64,000 bases of DNA. Source: an uncultured Anaerolineaceae bacterium (GTDB lineage: Bacteria; Chloroflexota; Anaerolineae; Anaerolineales; Villigracilaceae). Position 1 is the first letter of the stretch. Every line of letters starts with the position of its first letter. Where the stretch lies: contig CAZASG010000002.1 in the NCBI GenBank assembly GCA_964487745.1, positions 46,360 through 110,359 of the forward strand. Reading direction: 5' to 3'. Positions 32,801 to 40,996 of the stretch are shown here, piece after piece. The position numbers were made by a program, and so were the translations under genes. The notes below the pieces were generated by a model. It was not told the origin of the DNA. It searched no databases and worked only from the letters and a program-made list of their open reading frames with translations.

Positions 32801-33850
32801 GAATCCGGTGAAGCCTCCGTAACCACCAACCCAGGCGGCACATTCTTCTATACAACCTGGAACCAAATTGACTTTGATCATGACGGTCACGAAATTCTCT
32901 CCGATGCTATATTCCGCCGTGTGCTGTTCATTGATGATTACATCCCTGGAGAAACAGAACCAAATGGAACGCCAAGCGTTTCGATCAATAGCCCGGCAAA
33001 TGGAGCAACCTTCGACTCAGGAACGACAATTACATTCAGTGCCACAGCTTCGGATCCGGAAGATGGTGACCTGAGCAACGAGATCGCGTGGGCTTCCAGT
33101 ATTGACGGCGCAATGGGCACAGGTGCAAGCCTTAGCGCAATGCTGAGCGATGGATCACACACCATCACGGCTACCGTGACAGACAGCGGAATGATCACCG
33201 AAATCGCTGAAGTCAGCATCACAGTTGAAGAAGAAGCACCTATAAATGAACCGCCAACCGTCTCGGTCAACAGCCCGGCAGATGGTGCGATATTCGCATC
33301 AGGCACGGAAATCACCTTCAATGGCACAGCCATTGATCTAGAAGATGGCGACCTGAGCGGCGCAATCGTGTGGGAAGACAACGGAGCCTATTTGAGTACT
33401 GGCGCAAGCTTTAGCGCAGTGCTGGGTGATGGTCCACACACGATCACTCTCACGGTGACTGATAGCGGTATGAATACCGCGAATGCTGAGATCAACATCA
33501 CAGTTGAAGATGCTGTCTCCACTGCCGCCATGCACGTTGCTACTCTGGAGGGCACGTCCATCTCAGTTAATTCTCAGATTTGGAAGGCCAGCATCAATAT
33601 TCAGGTTCTGGATGCCAACGGTGAAGCTGTTGCCAACACCCTGGTGAGCGGCTTATGGAGCAACGGCTATGTCGGTTCCACAAGCTGCACCACCGACGCA
33701 ATGGGTTGGTGTACCGTTCTAACCAAGGGAATCAAGGTTCGCACAACCCAGGAGGTAACATTCACAGTTACCGACTTGGCTGCAGCGGGCTACACCTATG
33801 ATGCAGCGGCGAACGTGGCTTCTGGAACAATCACAGTTGCCGCGCCGTAA
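29879..33850 (+). CDS. large exported Asp-box (BNR-like) protein (1,323 aa), paralogue of the 20363-25621 core, with 2 Ig-like repeats and a C-terminal beta domain
   Basis: GTG start with AAGGAG 7 nt upstream and the signal peptide MKRQIYKTIGVVLLLFILVTTVFA/DD. Asp boxes are SLDGGATW and SFDGGQTW (32255-32278). Shared blocks with the paralogue: WVARG, WFKAERLSS..RDAN, TWQEDPDGIRPG, TDTWYSYI, CITEDGRL, RRSFDGGQTW. Confidence 0.85.
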   Translation: MKRQIYKTIGVVLLLFILVTTVFADDGTIFRRNVSGTPHEETEHASIKMLPVYVPAQASDGTLLTEGIDIIDADGALVETRFDVQPLIVHYNDGHVETIDVDGYGGFPGHGERDAFAGVSLDGGATWKTTNLSNSADRSSFKIKLGGRKKFPYPGDVGRSFMASDGNQVLIVWVSRFAGGGNPNYAMSDEERSLVADYLAGTGAIPDASACTDGDLIGTPCIYLEDHFSVAGSQGSSDLADEGYPLIGELPYAALWVARGVIMPPAAEGEASTFVWFKAERLSSAVRDANRPEASCVKGAGCVVTWQEDPDGIRPGSGDGPGEGWSGAIAHHQTDTWYSYIDWNDFNLVSLDGTYGSLLNDTGDLAEWIAANDSGSPSAAIPMSIPVRLTDNSMCVAADDKPYCYADFDNSGTPDFCADSTIVSIEVPDEGGEAVAHDVDMCITEDGRLMRGNTASTRARLGLNGYSSLGDYRVDPAAYPIDSAWFTVSYEENKGLGDEGEDEVVPEDLIEKVDMGKNVWYHTFDMFNPELVSQGLMLNQPAVYPEDFSNPEGFLTQEASLGYNFYTIDPDPIYEDQANLDTTLYQTEISRRPSKITQDWYDAGASGTVAFQLWKQGIIRRGGPADIMGRRFVIPDEFDATTDNPYDYNNMVCNTWAYTDGLNPRYVKGFCADPAINLSGNTILTSENCGDATSCLDVYPFNDYYDDLDMTDQTDGVSKIYTWEMVGPGYGETITDTTLTNLDDLSWENPYDMAKGHRGFLAGDMLMVMYGWTPNWNDLQNGHSIVNLYVRRSFDGGQTWSTTPGSFTHTNGITYSGDGTTTCEWMGPISEQYPECVDYGAGDFEQARNVSQLGGSQVTVLDPRYSPTTRSITEASVSSESLPTGFTAPLYPDDTRDPSRFFMVYETGETSAYDAGEATPLDLFYSRAIEWGDEYLVWQDEATADCLPAADTEDEFDLSGFCNEFDALEGSQFDESGEASVTTNPGGTFFYTTWNQIDFDHDGHEILSDAIFRRVLFIDDYIPGETEPNGTPSVSINSPANGATFDSGTTITFSATASDPEDGDLSNEIAWASSIDGAMGTGASLSAMLSDGSHTITATVTDSGMITEIAEVSITVEEEAPINEPPTVSVNSPADGAIFASGTEITFNGTAIDLEDGDLSGAIVWEDNGAYLSTGASFSAVLGDGPHTITLTVTDSGMNTANAEINITVEDAVSTAAMHVATLEGTSISVNSQIWKASINIQVLDANGEAVANTLVSGLWSNGYVGSTSCTTDAMGWCTVLTKGIKVRTTQEVTFTVTDLAAAGYTYDAAANVASGTITVAAP
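32972..33535 (+). repeat. 2 x 282-bp tandem coding repeat (94-aa Ig-like units)
   Basis: PSVSINSPANGATFDSGTTITFSATASDPEDGDLSNEIAW...HTITATVTDSGM... versus PTVSVNSPADGAIFASGTEITFNGTAIDLEDGDLSGAIVW...HTITLTVTDSGM... DNA identity by eye is roughly 70-75%. Confidence 0.7.
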
Positions 33851-33870
33851 TCTCTTCAAGCTCTAACAAA

Positions 33871-33902
33871 AGAGACCGCTTTTCAAAAAGCGGTCTCTTT
33901 TT
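33871..33902 (+). terminator. rho-independent terminator
   Basis: AGAGACCGCTTT-TCAA-AAAGCGGTCTCT (12-bp perfect stem) followed by TTTT, 20 nt after the stop. Confidence 0.75.
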
Positions 33903-34034
33903 ATATGTTTTGCTCTAAACCCAAAACTGTAGTATGGGCAACCCATAGCCTATACGCACCCTTGAGGGGATATAGCGCAGGGGTTTGGATAACGACTTTT
34001 GAAATCCTATAAGTTGACTTAAACACGAGAACCT

Positions 34035-34068
34035 AAAAAGCCAGCTCGAGTTTTCGAGCTAGCTTTTT
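34035..34068 (-). terminator. terminator at the end of the minus-strand ABC/CoA-ligase cluster
   Basis: AAAAAGCCAGCTCGAG-TTTT-CGAGCTAGCTTTTT is a long stem with one mismatch. A/T runs lie on both sides, 24 nt downstream of the permease stop. Confidence 0.6.
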
Positions 34069-34091
34069 AGTACCCAGTAAAATTACAAAAC

Positions 34092-35174
34092 TTAATCTGA
34101 CTTCTTGTCAGCTTTGATTTTGTCTGATCGACTAAAAAACTCCATCAGCCGCTCACGACCTTTTTGAATTTCCAGAGATTTTAGCCGCCATGTCCCGACG
34201 ATGCCGTAGGGCAGGAAAAGCACGATCAGGATGTAGATCGCGCCATTGATGAAGCTAGCGCTTTCACCAATATAACGTCGCAGGCCAAAATCGAGAATGC
34301 GGTAAACGGCTGCACCTATGAGCGCACCGCTCAACGTCCCCACACCGCCGATCAGGATGATTAGCAGGGCAACGACCGTATATCCCAGCCCGGCCACGCT
34401 TGGACTGACGATCGGCTGATAAAGAGTATGCAACAAGCCAGCGATCGCGGCAGTGATGGAGGAGATAACGAGAGCGATCAATTTGAAATGGAAAGTGTTG
34501 TACCCCAACATTTGAGCGCGTCCTTCGTTCTCACGGATAGCAGTGCAAACCCGCCCAGTTGGGGAATTGACGAAACGCTGATAGATCATATAGATCACGA
34601 CAACCGTCGCGAGTGTCACAAAATACAACGTTAAACGGTGGGTGGCGGGACTGATCCAATCGGGCACCATAACGCCCTGCAAGCCAACGTCAGAACCGGT
34701 ATATTCGACCAACTCACTCGACAATACCAAAACATGGAAAACGGCAGCCATGCCCAAGGTCACGAGCGCAAAGGTGATCCCCTGTACACGCGGCAGGATC
34801 ATCCCAAAGAGAAAAGCCTGCAAAACACCCGCGACAACAATCCATCCGAAAGTCGCTCCCAACGAAAGTCCAAAATTCTTGATCAGGATGCCTGAAAGAT
34901 ATGCTCCTACTGCAAAGAACATCGCGTGACCAAAAGACAGCAAACCGGTGAAGCCAAAGATCAGATCATAGCTGAGAGCATAAAGGGCGAGAATGAATAT
35001 CTCAAGTGCCAAACCTTGGATGAATTTCGATTGGCCGCTCTCATCCATGAGAACTTCTGCGGGAGAGTTTCCATTCAGTAAGCCAACGATAAAGGGTAAC
35101 AGGATCAAGCCTAACAAAGTCCACAAGGCGCCCTGATTCTTTTTGAAGAAGATGTTGAAATTCTGTGTTGTCAT
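34092..35174 (-). CDS. Liv-type (HAAT family) ABC transporter permease, LivM-like
   Basis: 360 aa and multi-TM, with the typical LivM blocks GLLSFGHAMFFAVGAY and RVCTAIRENEGRAQMLGYN. Confidence 0.85.
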   Translation of the reverse strand: MTTQNFNIFFKKNQGALWTLLGLILLPFIVGLLNGNSPAEVLMDESGQSKFIQGLALEIFILALYALSYDLIFGFTGLLSFGHAMFFAVGAYLSGILIKNFGLSLGATFGWIVVAGVLQAFLFGMILPRVQGITFALVTLGMAAVFHVLVLSSELVEYTGSDVGLQGVMVPDWISPATHRLTLYFVTLATVVVIYMIYQRFVNSPTGRVCTAIRENEGRAQMLGYNTFHFKLIALVISSITAAIAGLLHTLYQPIVSPSVAGLGYTVVALLIILIGGVGTLSGALIGAAVYRILDFGLRRYIGESASFINGAIYILIVLFLPYGIVGTWRLKSLEIQKGRERLMEFFSRSDKIKADKKSD

Positions 35175-35177
35175 ATG

Positions 35178-36728
35178 CTACTCCTTTTTCCCCAGCAAAC
35201 CGTTCGGCAGGATGAGCAGAATGATGACCATCAATAAAATAGTCGAGGCGGGGACGATGGGCGGACTGGGTTTGAAGACAGCATCCGTAAAGGGGAGCGG
35301 GATGCCGATCTGCCCATATTTAATAATGAATTGCTGCAAAAGCCCGACTAAAAGCGATCCAAATGCTGCGCCAGGATAACTGGTCAGACCACCAATGGCG
35401 AGAGCAATCAGGGCATTGAGGAAGAAACTTTCTCCCATTGTGTTGGAAAGTCCTACAGAGGGCGCTGCCAAAATACCACCTAAAGTTGCCAAACCGACAC
35501 CGAGAGCAAAGACCTGTGTGAAGACACGGCGCACGTTGATACCGAGGGCTTCAACCATTTCGCGATCCTGCACGCCAGCACGGATAACCATGCCCAGGCG
35601 GGAACGTTGCAAAAGCACCCACACACCGATCAGGACGACCAAACCGATGATCGGGATCAATATTTCATTGTAGATTCGAATTCTTCCATCGAGAATTAGC
35701 ATGGTCGAGCAATGGTGATTCCACCAATCGGCGAAGGTCGTTGCCGGGCAGTGTTCGCCACCTGCTGTGGCAAAAAGTTCAGGGCGTGGCATGGTGAACT
35801 CGGGACGACCCCAGATCGCGCGTACCATCTCGATGCCGATGGCGCTCAGTCCGAGCGTCAGCATAAGTTGATAAATCGGGCGAATATAGAGCGGGCGGAT
35901 GAGGGTCGTTTCCATTACAGCGCCGAGGGTCACGCCGCTGGTCACCGCGACGATCACAGCGATGAGGAAGAGCCAGTTCTGGTTGATCGTCGTCAGCCAG
36001 GTCGTCAGGGCATCGCTAAAGACGAAGAAGACAATCCCCGCTACAACAACGATCACAAAACCAACAAAGCTGCGCCAGCTAATACGCGGTGTAAGCGTTT
36101 TCTCTCCACCAAGCATCGATAAACTGAAAGTCGCCAACAAGCTGCCCACAATCAAACCAACGAAGGCTAGCCACGGAGAGATTTCCTCGAAGGCAACAGA
36201 TGGCGGGAGAATATTCAGTCCAACGCTGGTGTTATAAGCCAGCGCAACCGGGCTTTGAGCATAAACGTCAAGACTCCAGAAGGAGATGGGATAGCGCGAG
36301 AGAACGCTGACAAAGATGAGGATAGCGGCAACGAGACCAACCCAGGGGATGTATCGCTTCGCTCGTGCATTGAACAGGTTTCGGGTTGAGAGCGCCGTCC
36401 ACACATCCCCAAGCATGAATCCGCTAAAGACCAACGCAAGCGGCGTGAGCAAATCTATAAAAGTATCGGGGCGCACCAGCACAGTCCAGCCAATATAGGC
36501 GCCGATCATGAAGAGGGTGCCGTGCGCCAGATTCAGGACATCCAATAAGCCGAAGATCAGCGAGAAGCCGGATGCGACCAAAAAGGTGAGGAAACCGACC
36601 GAGAGACCGCGCAAGAGGGTGATGATGAAATCCTGGGTCTCCATGCCGTTGGCGGCGGCGATAAAAAGAGCAGCCAGCGCAGCCAAAACGATGAGAAAGA
36701 GGTAATTTTTGCGGAAATAAGTTTTCAT
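35178..36728 (-). CDS. Liv-type ABC transporter permease, LivH-like, with a ~160-aa extra multi-TM insertion
   Basis: 516 aa, against about 300 aa for typical LivH. LivH blocks: LNLAHGTLFMIGAY ... RLGMVIRAGVQDREMVEALGINV ... GGLTSYPGAAFGSLLVG. The insertion encodes about 4 additional hydrophobic helices. Confidence 0.8.
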   Translation of the reverse strand: MKTYFRKNYLFLIVLAALAALFIAAANGMETQDFIITLLRGLSVGFLTFLVASGFSLIFGLLDVLNLAHGTLFMIGAYIGWTVLVRPDTFIDLLTPLALVFSGFMLGDVWTALSTRNLFNARAKRYIPWVGLVAAILIFVSVLSRYPISFWSLDVYAQSPVALAYNTSVGLNILPPSVAFEEISPWLAFVGLIVGSLLATFSLSMLGGEKTLTPRISWRSFVGFVIVVVAGIVFFVFSDALTTWLTTINQNWLFLIAVIVAVTSGVTLGAVMETTLIRPLYIRPIYQLMLTLGLSAIGIEMVRAIWGRPEFTMPRPELFATAGGEHCPATTFADWWNHHCSTMLILDGRIRIYNEILIPIIGLVVLIGVWVLLQRSRLGMVIRAGVQDREMVEALGINVRRVFTQVFALGVGLATLGGILAAPSVGLSNTMGESFFLNALIALAIGGLTSYPGAAFGSLLVGLLQQFIIKYGQIGIPLPFTDAVFKPSPPIVPASTILLMVIILLILPNGLLGKKE

Positions 36729-36737
36729 GGCTGCTCC

Positions 36738-37460
36738 TTATGCCGCACCGAGATAGCGGTGAATAGTCTCTTTGTCGTTGATGAGGTCTGCCATTTTGCC
36801 TTCCTTGGCGGAGTGCCCCTCTTCAATGATGGCGTAGTTCTCCGCCAATTTGCTGGCGACGAGAAAGTTCTGCTCAACAAGGATAATGGTGCTTTCTTCA
36901 GAGAGTTGGAGAATAGCTTCCATCATCTGTTCGATCAGCACGGGAGCCAATCCTTCGCTGGGCTCGTCGATCAGCAGGAGACTGTTATCTGGCACGAGAG
37001 CACGCGCGATAGCGAGCATTTGCTGCTGCCCGCCGGAGAGATTTGTGCCTGAAAGGTGAATGAGACGTTTGAGATCGGGGAAGAGACTGAAGATAAATTC
37101 TTCTTTGCGCTCATAGTCGCCTTTTTCGCGTTCGGCGATCTTGAGATTTTCTTCCACGCTCAAGTCACGGAAGATGGCGCGATGCTCAGGGATGTAGCCA
37201 ATGCCGAGGGCGGCGATGTCGAAGGAGCGCATACCGTGAATTTCACGCCCGTCGAAGATCACTTTGCCTTCGCGCGGCGGGGTCAGTCCCAAAATGGATT
37301 TGAGCGTGGTGGTTTTGCCTGCGCCGTTACGTCCCAGCAGCGCCGTGATGCTGCCTTTGGGCACGCGCAGGTTCACGCCCTGCAAAATATGATATTGCTC
37401 GATAAAAGTGTGAATATCTTGTACGTCTAACATATAGTCCATGATGTCTGCCTCACACAT
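36738..37460 (-). CDS. Liv-type ABC transporter ATP-binding protein, LivF-like
   Basis: Walker A GRNGAGKTT, signature LSGGQQQML, Walker B LLLIDEPSEGL. Alternative starts at 37442 or 37433 (MLDVQDIH...) are possible. The 37460 start overlaps the upstream stop by 8 nt. Confidence 0.85.
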   Translation of the reverse strand: MCEADIMDYMLDVQDIHTFIEQYHILQGVNLRVPKGSITALLGRNGAGKTTTLKSILGLTPPREGKVIFDGREIHGMRSFDIAALGIGYIPEHRAIFRDLSVEENLKIAEREKGDYERKEEFIFSLFPDLKRLIHLSGTNLSGGQQQMLAIARALVPDNSLLLIDEPSEGLAPVLIEQMMEAILQLSEESTIILVEQNFLVASKLAENYAIIEEGHSAKEGKMADLINDKETIHRYLGAA

Positions 37461-38223
37461 TCAATTCGTATAAACCGCCGAGATATGCGGTTTGCACATC
37501 TTCGTTGGCAGCGATCTCGGAGGGAGTTCCCTCCGCCAATACGCGCCCCTGGTGCATAACAGTGATCGTGTCGGAAACGCTCATCACCACATTCATATTG
37601 TGTTCGACCAACATAACGGTTTTATTGCCTTTTTGCTGGACATCCTGAATGAGTGCGATCAACTCCGGAACTTGCTCGGCAGCCATCCCAGCGGTAGGTT
37701 CATCGAGCAGCAAGACTTCTGAATCCGGGGCAAGGATCATGCCCAACTCGAGTTTGCGCTGGTCGCCATGCGGCAGGGTTTTGGCAAGGGTTTGAGCGCG
37801 GTCTTTCAAACCAACGGTCTCGATCACTTCCCAAGCACGTTCCTCGTATTCCTTGAAATGGGATGAGGCCCACCAGAACTTAAAATTATCTCGTCCCAGA
37901 GCCTGGGCAGCCAACCGAATATTTTCGAAGACGGTCAGACTGGGGAAGATATTTGTGATCTGGAAGGAGCGCCCGATCCCGAAGTGGATGGTGCGATGCA
38001 TCGGTTGGCGGGTAATATCTTTCCCCTTGAAAATCACTTTCCCACTCGTGGGCTCGATATTGCCACTCAGCAGATTGAAGAAGGTGGTTTTCCCTGCTCC
38101 ATTAGGGCCAATAATGGCGTGAAGGGAATTCTCGTGCACTTTGATGCTGACATCGTCAACAGCAACCAGTGCGCCAAATTCCCGGCGTAAGTCGTGCGTT
38201 TCGAAGATGATATTTGATTCCAT
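37453..38223 (-). CDS. Liv-type ABC transporter ATP-binding protein, LivG-like
   Basis: Walker A GPNGAGKTT, signature LPHGDQRKLEL, Walker B VLLLDEPTAGM. Start set at MESNIIFETHDL... (38223), because the recurring GTAGGGGCG element at 38241-38249 sits just upstream, as it does before two other genes. The ORF-track start at 38256 remains possible. Confidence 0.8.
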   Translation of the reverse strand: MESNIIFETHDLRREFGALVAVDDVSIKVHENSLHAIIGPNGAGKTTFFNLLSGNIEPTSGKVIFKGKDITRQPMHRTIHFGIGRSFQITNIFPSLTVFENIRLAAQALGRDNFKFWWASSHFKEYEERAWEVIETVGLKDRAQTLAKTLPHGDQRKLELGMILAPDSEVLLLDEPTAGMAAEQVPELIALIQDVQQKGNKTVMLVEHNMNVVMSVSDTITVMHQGRVLAEGTPSEIAANEDVQTAYLGGLYELNV

Positions 38224-38401
38224 ATAGTTATCCATTATTTGTAGGGGCGACTTCAAGCGTCTTTTTATTTCTTTCTTGTTGCAATGCTCTGCGTTGCAAT
38301 TTGTGATAGCACCCCAACGCAGAGCGTTGGAGCAAGGGGTAAAAAAAATGTGTAAGCCTGATTCAAAGTACGGCTGAAGTCGCTTCTACAACGATGCACC
38401 A

Positions 38402-38435
38402 AACTCCCTGAGGGTAAATTTACCCTCAGGGAGTT
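38402..38435 (-). terminator. strong intercistronic hairpin after the SBP gene (partial terminator or mRNA stabiliser)
   Basis: AACTCCCTGAGGGTAAA/TTTACCCTCAGGGAGTT is a perfect 17-bp palindrome. On the minus strand it is followed only by TTTGG, so termination is probably partial. Confidence 0.45.
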
Positions 38436-38457
38436 TTATTTTACGCTAAATTAGCGT

Positions 38458-39813
38458 CTACTCGCCACTCAAGGAGCCGTAAGGGAGATCTCCACAGCGA
38501 TCTTTCATGTCTTCGGGCAGCAAGCAGGGCGGTTCGGGGCGAACCGTAGTAATGTGATTGAAGAACATTGCTTCAGGGTCATCAACATTGAGCAGTTCCA
38601 TAACATACATATCCTGAATCGCTACGTGATCTTCAGGGCGGATGTAGACGGTGCCCTTGGGGCCTTCGAAGCTCATGCCTTCCCAGGCAGTCATCAGAGC
38701 TTCAGCGCTGGCATCACCACCAGTAGCTTTCAAGCCTTCGACCAACATGATCGCAGCATTAGCGCCGTCACCGTCAAAGAGGTCAGGGTAAACGCCATAG
38801 CGGGCTTTGGTTTCATCGATTAGCCAATCATTGATGGTGTTATCGGGAGCGGAATAATGATAAAGGATCGAGCCGGTTGCGCCAATGGAGTTACCGAAGA
38901 AGGCGGGCAAAGCAACGTTATCCACGAAGGAGGAAGCCATATCCATATTATCAACAACGCCAAGATCTACAGCGGACTGCATGATGGCGATAAAACCGCC
39001 GCCAGCCCAGGTCGGGATCCAAGCTTCTGCGCCAGAGTCGAGGATCTGTTCCATGTAGGGAGTGAAGTCAGTGGTGTCAGCAGGCGCAAAGATGTCATCA
39101 ATGGGGAAAGTACCGCCGTATAGGGTGCAGGCATCACGATAAGCTGCTGCGCCACCCCAGCCGAAGCTGTAGTCTGGAGCGATCTGAGCGAAGGTATCGT
39201 ATTCTTTAGTGGCATATTCACACAACGCCATAGCATCCTGATAGTTCTCACGGCTGGTGCGGAAAGTGTATTCGTTGAAACCAATGCCGGTAATGTCGTT
39301 GGCGGCTGCCGGAGCAACGATCAACGGGATCTGGTTCTCGGCAGCGATCTGCTGCAGGGAAGCGGTATTACCGGAGCTAACGGTACCAACCAAAACGTCA
39401 ACTTCGTTCACGTCAACAAATTCGCGGGCAACAGATGTCGTTAGTTCGGGGTTAGTTTGGTCGTCGCCGAGGTAAACGATAATTTCACAGCCATCCAGCA
39501 TGAAGGTGTTTTCGCCATCTTCGATGGCAAAGACATCACCAACGCTACCGGGCGCACCAGTTGCATATTCCATGCCGAGCATGAAGCTGCGCCAAATGTG
39601 AACACCGTAGATCGCCAATGCGCCAGTGGCATCGGAGATCAAGCCGACTTTGACAGTGCAAGCTTCAGCCGCTTCTTCCATGGGCTCTTCTGCGGTTTCT
39701 TCAGCGGCGGGCTCTTCAGCCATCGGTTCTTCGGGGGCAGCTGCGGGCGTACAAGCAGCTAGCAACATGGTAAGCGCTAAAAAGCCAATAAAGAGAGTTC
39801 GCATTTTTTTCAT
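38458..39813 (-). CDS. Liv-type (Peripla_BP_6-like) ABC substrate-binding lipoprotein
   Basis: Lipobox MKKMRTLFIGFLALTMLLAAC, then an acidic Pro/Glu/Ala linker, then VKVGLISDATGALAIYG...VLVGTVSSGNTASL. GGAGGAGG SD upstream. Confidence 0.85.
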   Translation of the reverse strand: MKKMRTLFIGFLALTMLLAACTPAAAPEEPMAEEPAAEETAEEPMEEAAEACTVKVGLISDATGALAIYGVHIWRSFMLGMEYATGAPGSVGDVFAIEDGENTFMLDGCEIIVYLGDDQTNPELTTSVAREFVDVNEVDVLVGTVSSGNTASLQQIAAENQIPLIVAPAAANDITGIGFNEYTFRTSRENYQDAMALCEYATKEYDTFAQIAPDYSFGWGGAAAYRDACTLYGGTFPIDDIFAPADTTDFTPYMEQILDSGAEAWIPTWAGGGFIAIMQSAVDLGVVDNMDMASSFVDNVALPAFFGNSIGATGSILYHYSAPDNTINDWLIDETKARYGVYPDLFDGDGANAAIMLVEGLKATGGDASAEALMTAWEGMSFEGPKGTVYIRPEDHVAIQDMYVMELLNVDDPEAMFFNHITTVRPEPPCLLPEDMKDRCGDLPYGSLSGE

Positions 39814-39931
39814 TTCTTCCTCCTCCTTAAGGAGATCTAAGAGAATAAGTTGGTAAGTGGTTCAAAAGGTGTTTTCTAAAGATTGACATAGGTGGACGGC
39901 TGCACCACCTCCTTTCAATGGAAGATTGTTT

Positions 39932-40987
39932 TTATGCAATATGTGTATGAAAAGCTTGGTTGAATTCTTCCGGCTTTTCGATAAAAGGCAGATGTCCGGC
40001 ATCTGCGATCACAACTTCTTCATAGCTGCCACCAGCAACTACATATTTTTCCAATACGGCACGGGTCTGGCCGATCATCGGCTGGGGAGGGAAAACTTCT
40101 TCACCGGGCCATCCAGGGATCAAGCCAGCCCTGCCAAGAAAACCGGGATCAGATGCAGCGCTCTCGGAAACGACCATGTCGTCTGCCCCACGTATCCATA
40201 GAACCTTATGCTTGGATTCTGCTGCAATGATCTTTTCGATATCCACAGCATATTTCGGTGAGGTCGCATTCGTTGCGCCCCATTTGCCGGGGGCCATGAA
40301 AGGCCAATTCTCGGTTTGGACGGCATCGCCCGGCACATCCTGCTCGCCGATATGGGTGCTGTTCAACGAAGCAACCAGTTCATCTTCACGCACTGGGATG
40401 AAAGGCGGTTTCACCAGCAAGGTACGGATCGCCGCACGGGGAGAGAATTGGCTTTCCATACTCATGTCGTTATCTTTGATGCGCTGGATCAATTCGGGGT
40501 TTGAAAGCCCGCCGCCGGAACCGGCGAAATCATCGTAGCAGGGCGTGCCGTCCACATCTTTGGTACCACTAAATCCATAGGGAGAACCGGTATCAACCAA
40601 TGTAACGCTCAGGAAGCGATCGGGGTAATCGGCCATCATCCACCAAACAACCATACCGCCTAACGAGTTGCCAACGATATGTGCCTTTTCAATGCCAAGA
40701 TAATCGAGCAAGGCAACTGCATCATCAGCCAGATCGCCCATACCGTTGGTGGCATCGATCTTCTTTTCAAGTTCGGCATCCCCAAAACCACGCTGATCGG
40801 GCGCGATACCGCGATAACCGGCAGGCAAAGCGACCATCGTCTCTTCCCACCAGGTAGCGGAGGAAACATTGCCATGAAGGAAAAGCACTGGCACACCGTC
40901 ATCTGCACCACTGAAGAGAACGCGGGTGGTGATGCGCCCAGTTGTGATCGTTTTGGCAGTAATACCGTCCATGGTTGGGATACTCAT
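39932..40987 (-). CDS. alpha/beta-fold hydrolase
   Basis: 351 aa with VLFLHGN and the nucleophile elbow GNSLGG. Confidence 0.75.
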   Translation of the reverse strand: MSIPTMDGITAKTITTGRITTRVLFSGADDGVPVLFLHGNVSSATWWEETMVALPAGYRGIAPDQRGFGDAELEKKIDATNGMGDLADDAVALLDYLGIEKAHIVGNSLGGMVVWWMMADYPDRFLSVTLVDTGSPYGFSGTKDVDGTPCYDDFAGSGGGLSNPELIQRIKDNDMSMESQFSPRAAIRTLLVKPPFIPVREDELVASLNSTHIGEQDVPGDAVQTENWPFMAPGKWGATNATSPKYAVDIEKIIAAESKHKVLWIRGADDMVVSESAASDPGFLGRAGLIPGWPGEEVFPPQPMIGQTRAVLEKYVVAGGSYEEVVIADAGHLPFIEKPEEFNQAFHTHIA

Positions 40988-40996
40988 CGGAACCTC

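Noticed and set aside
33851-34091. Possible small RNA or tRNA in the 240-nt convergent spacer
   Set aside because: Only the two terminators are evident. No cloverleaf-compatible arms or conserved tRNA boxes were found by eye. This cannot be excluded without Infernal/tRNAscan.
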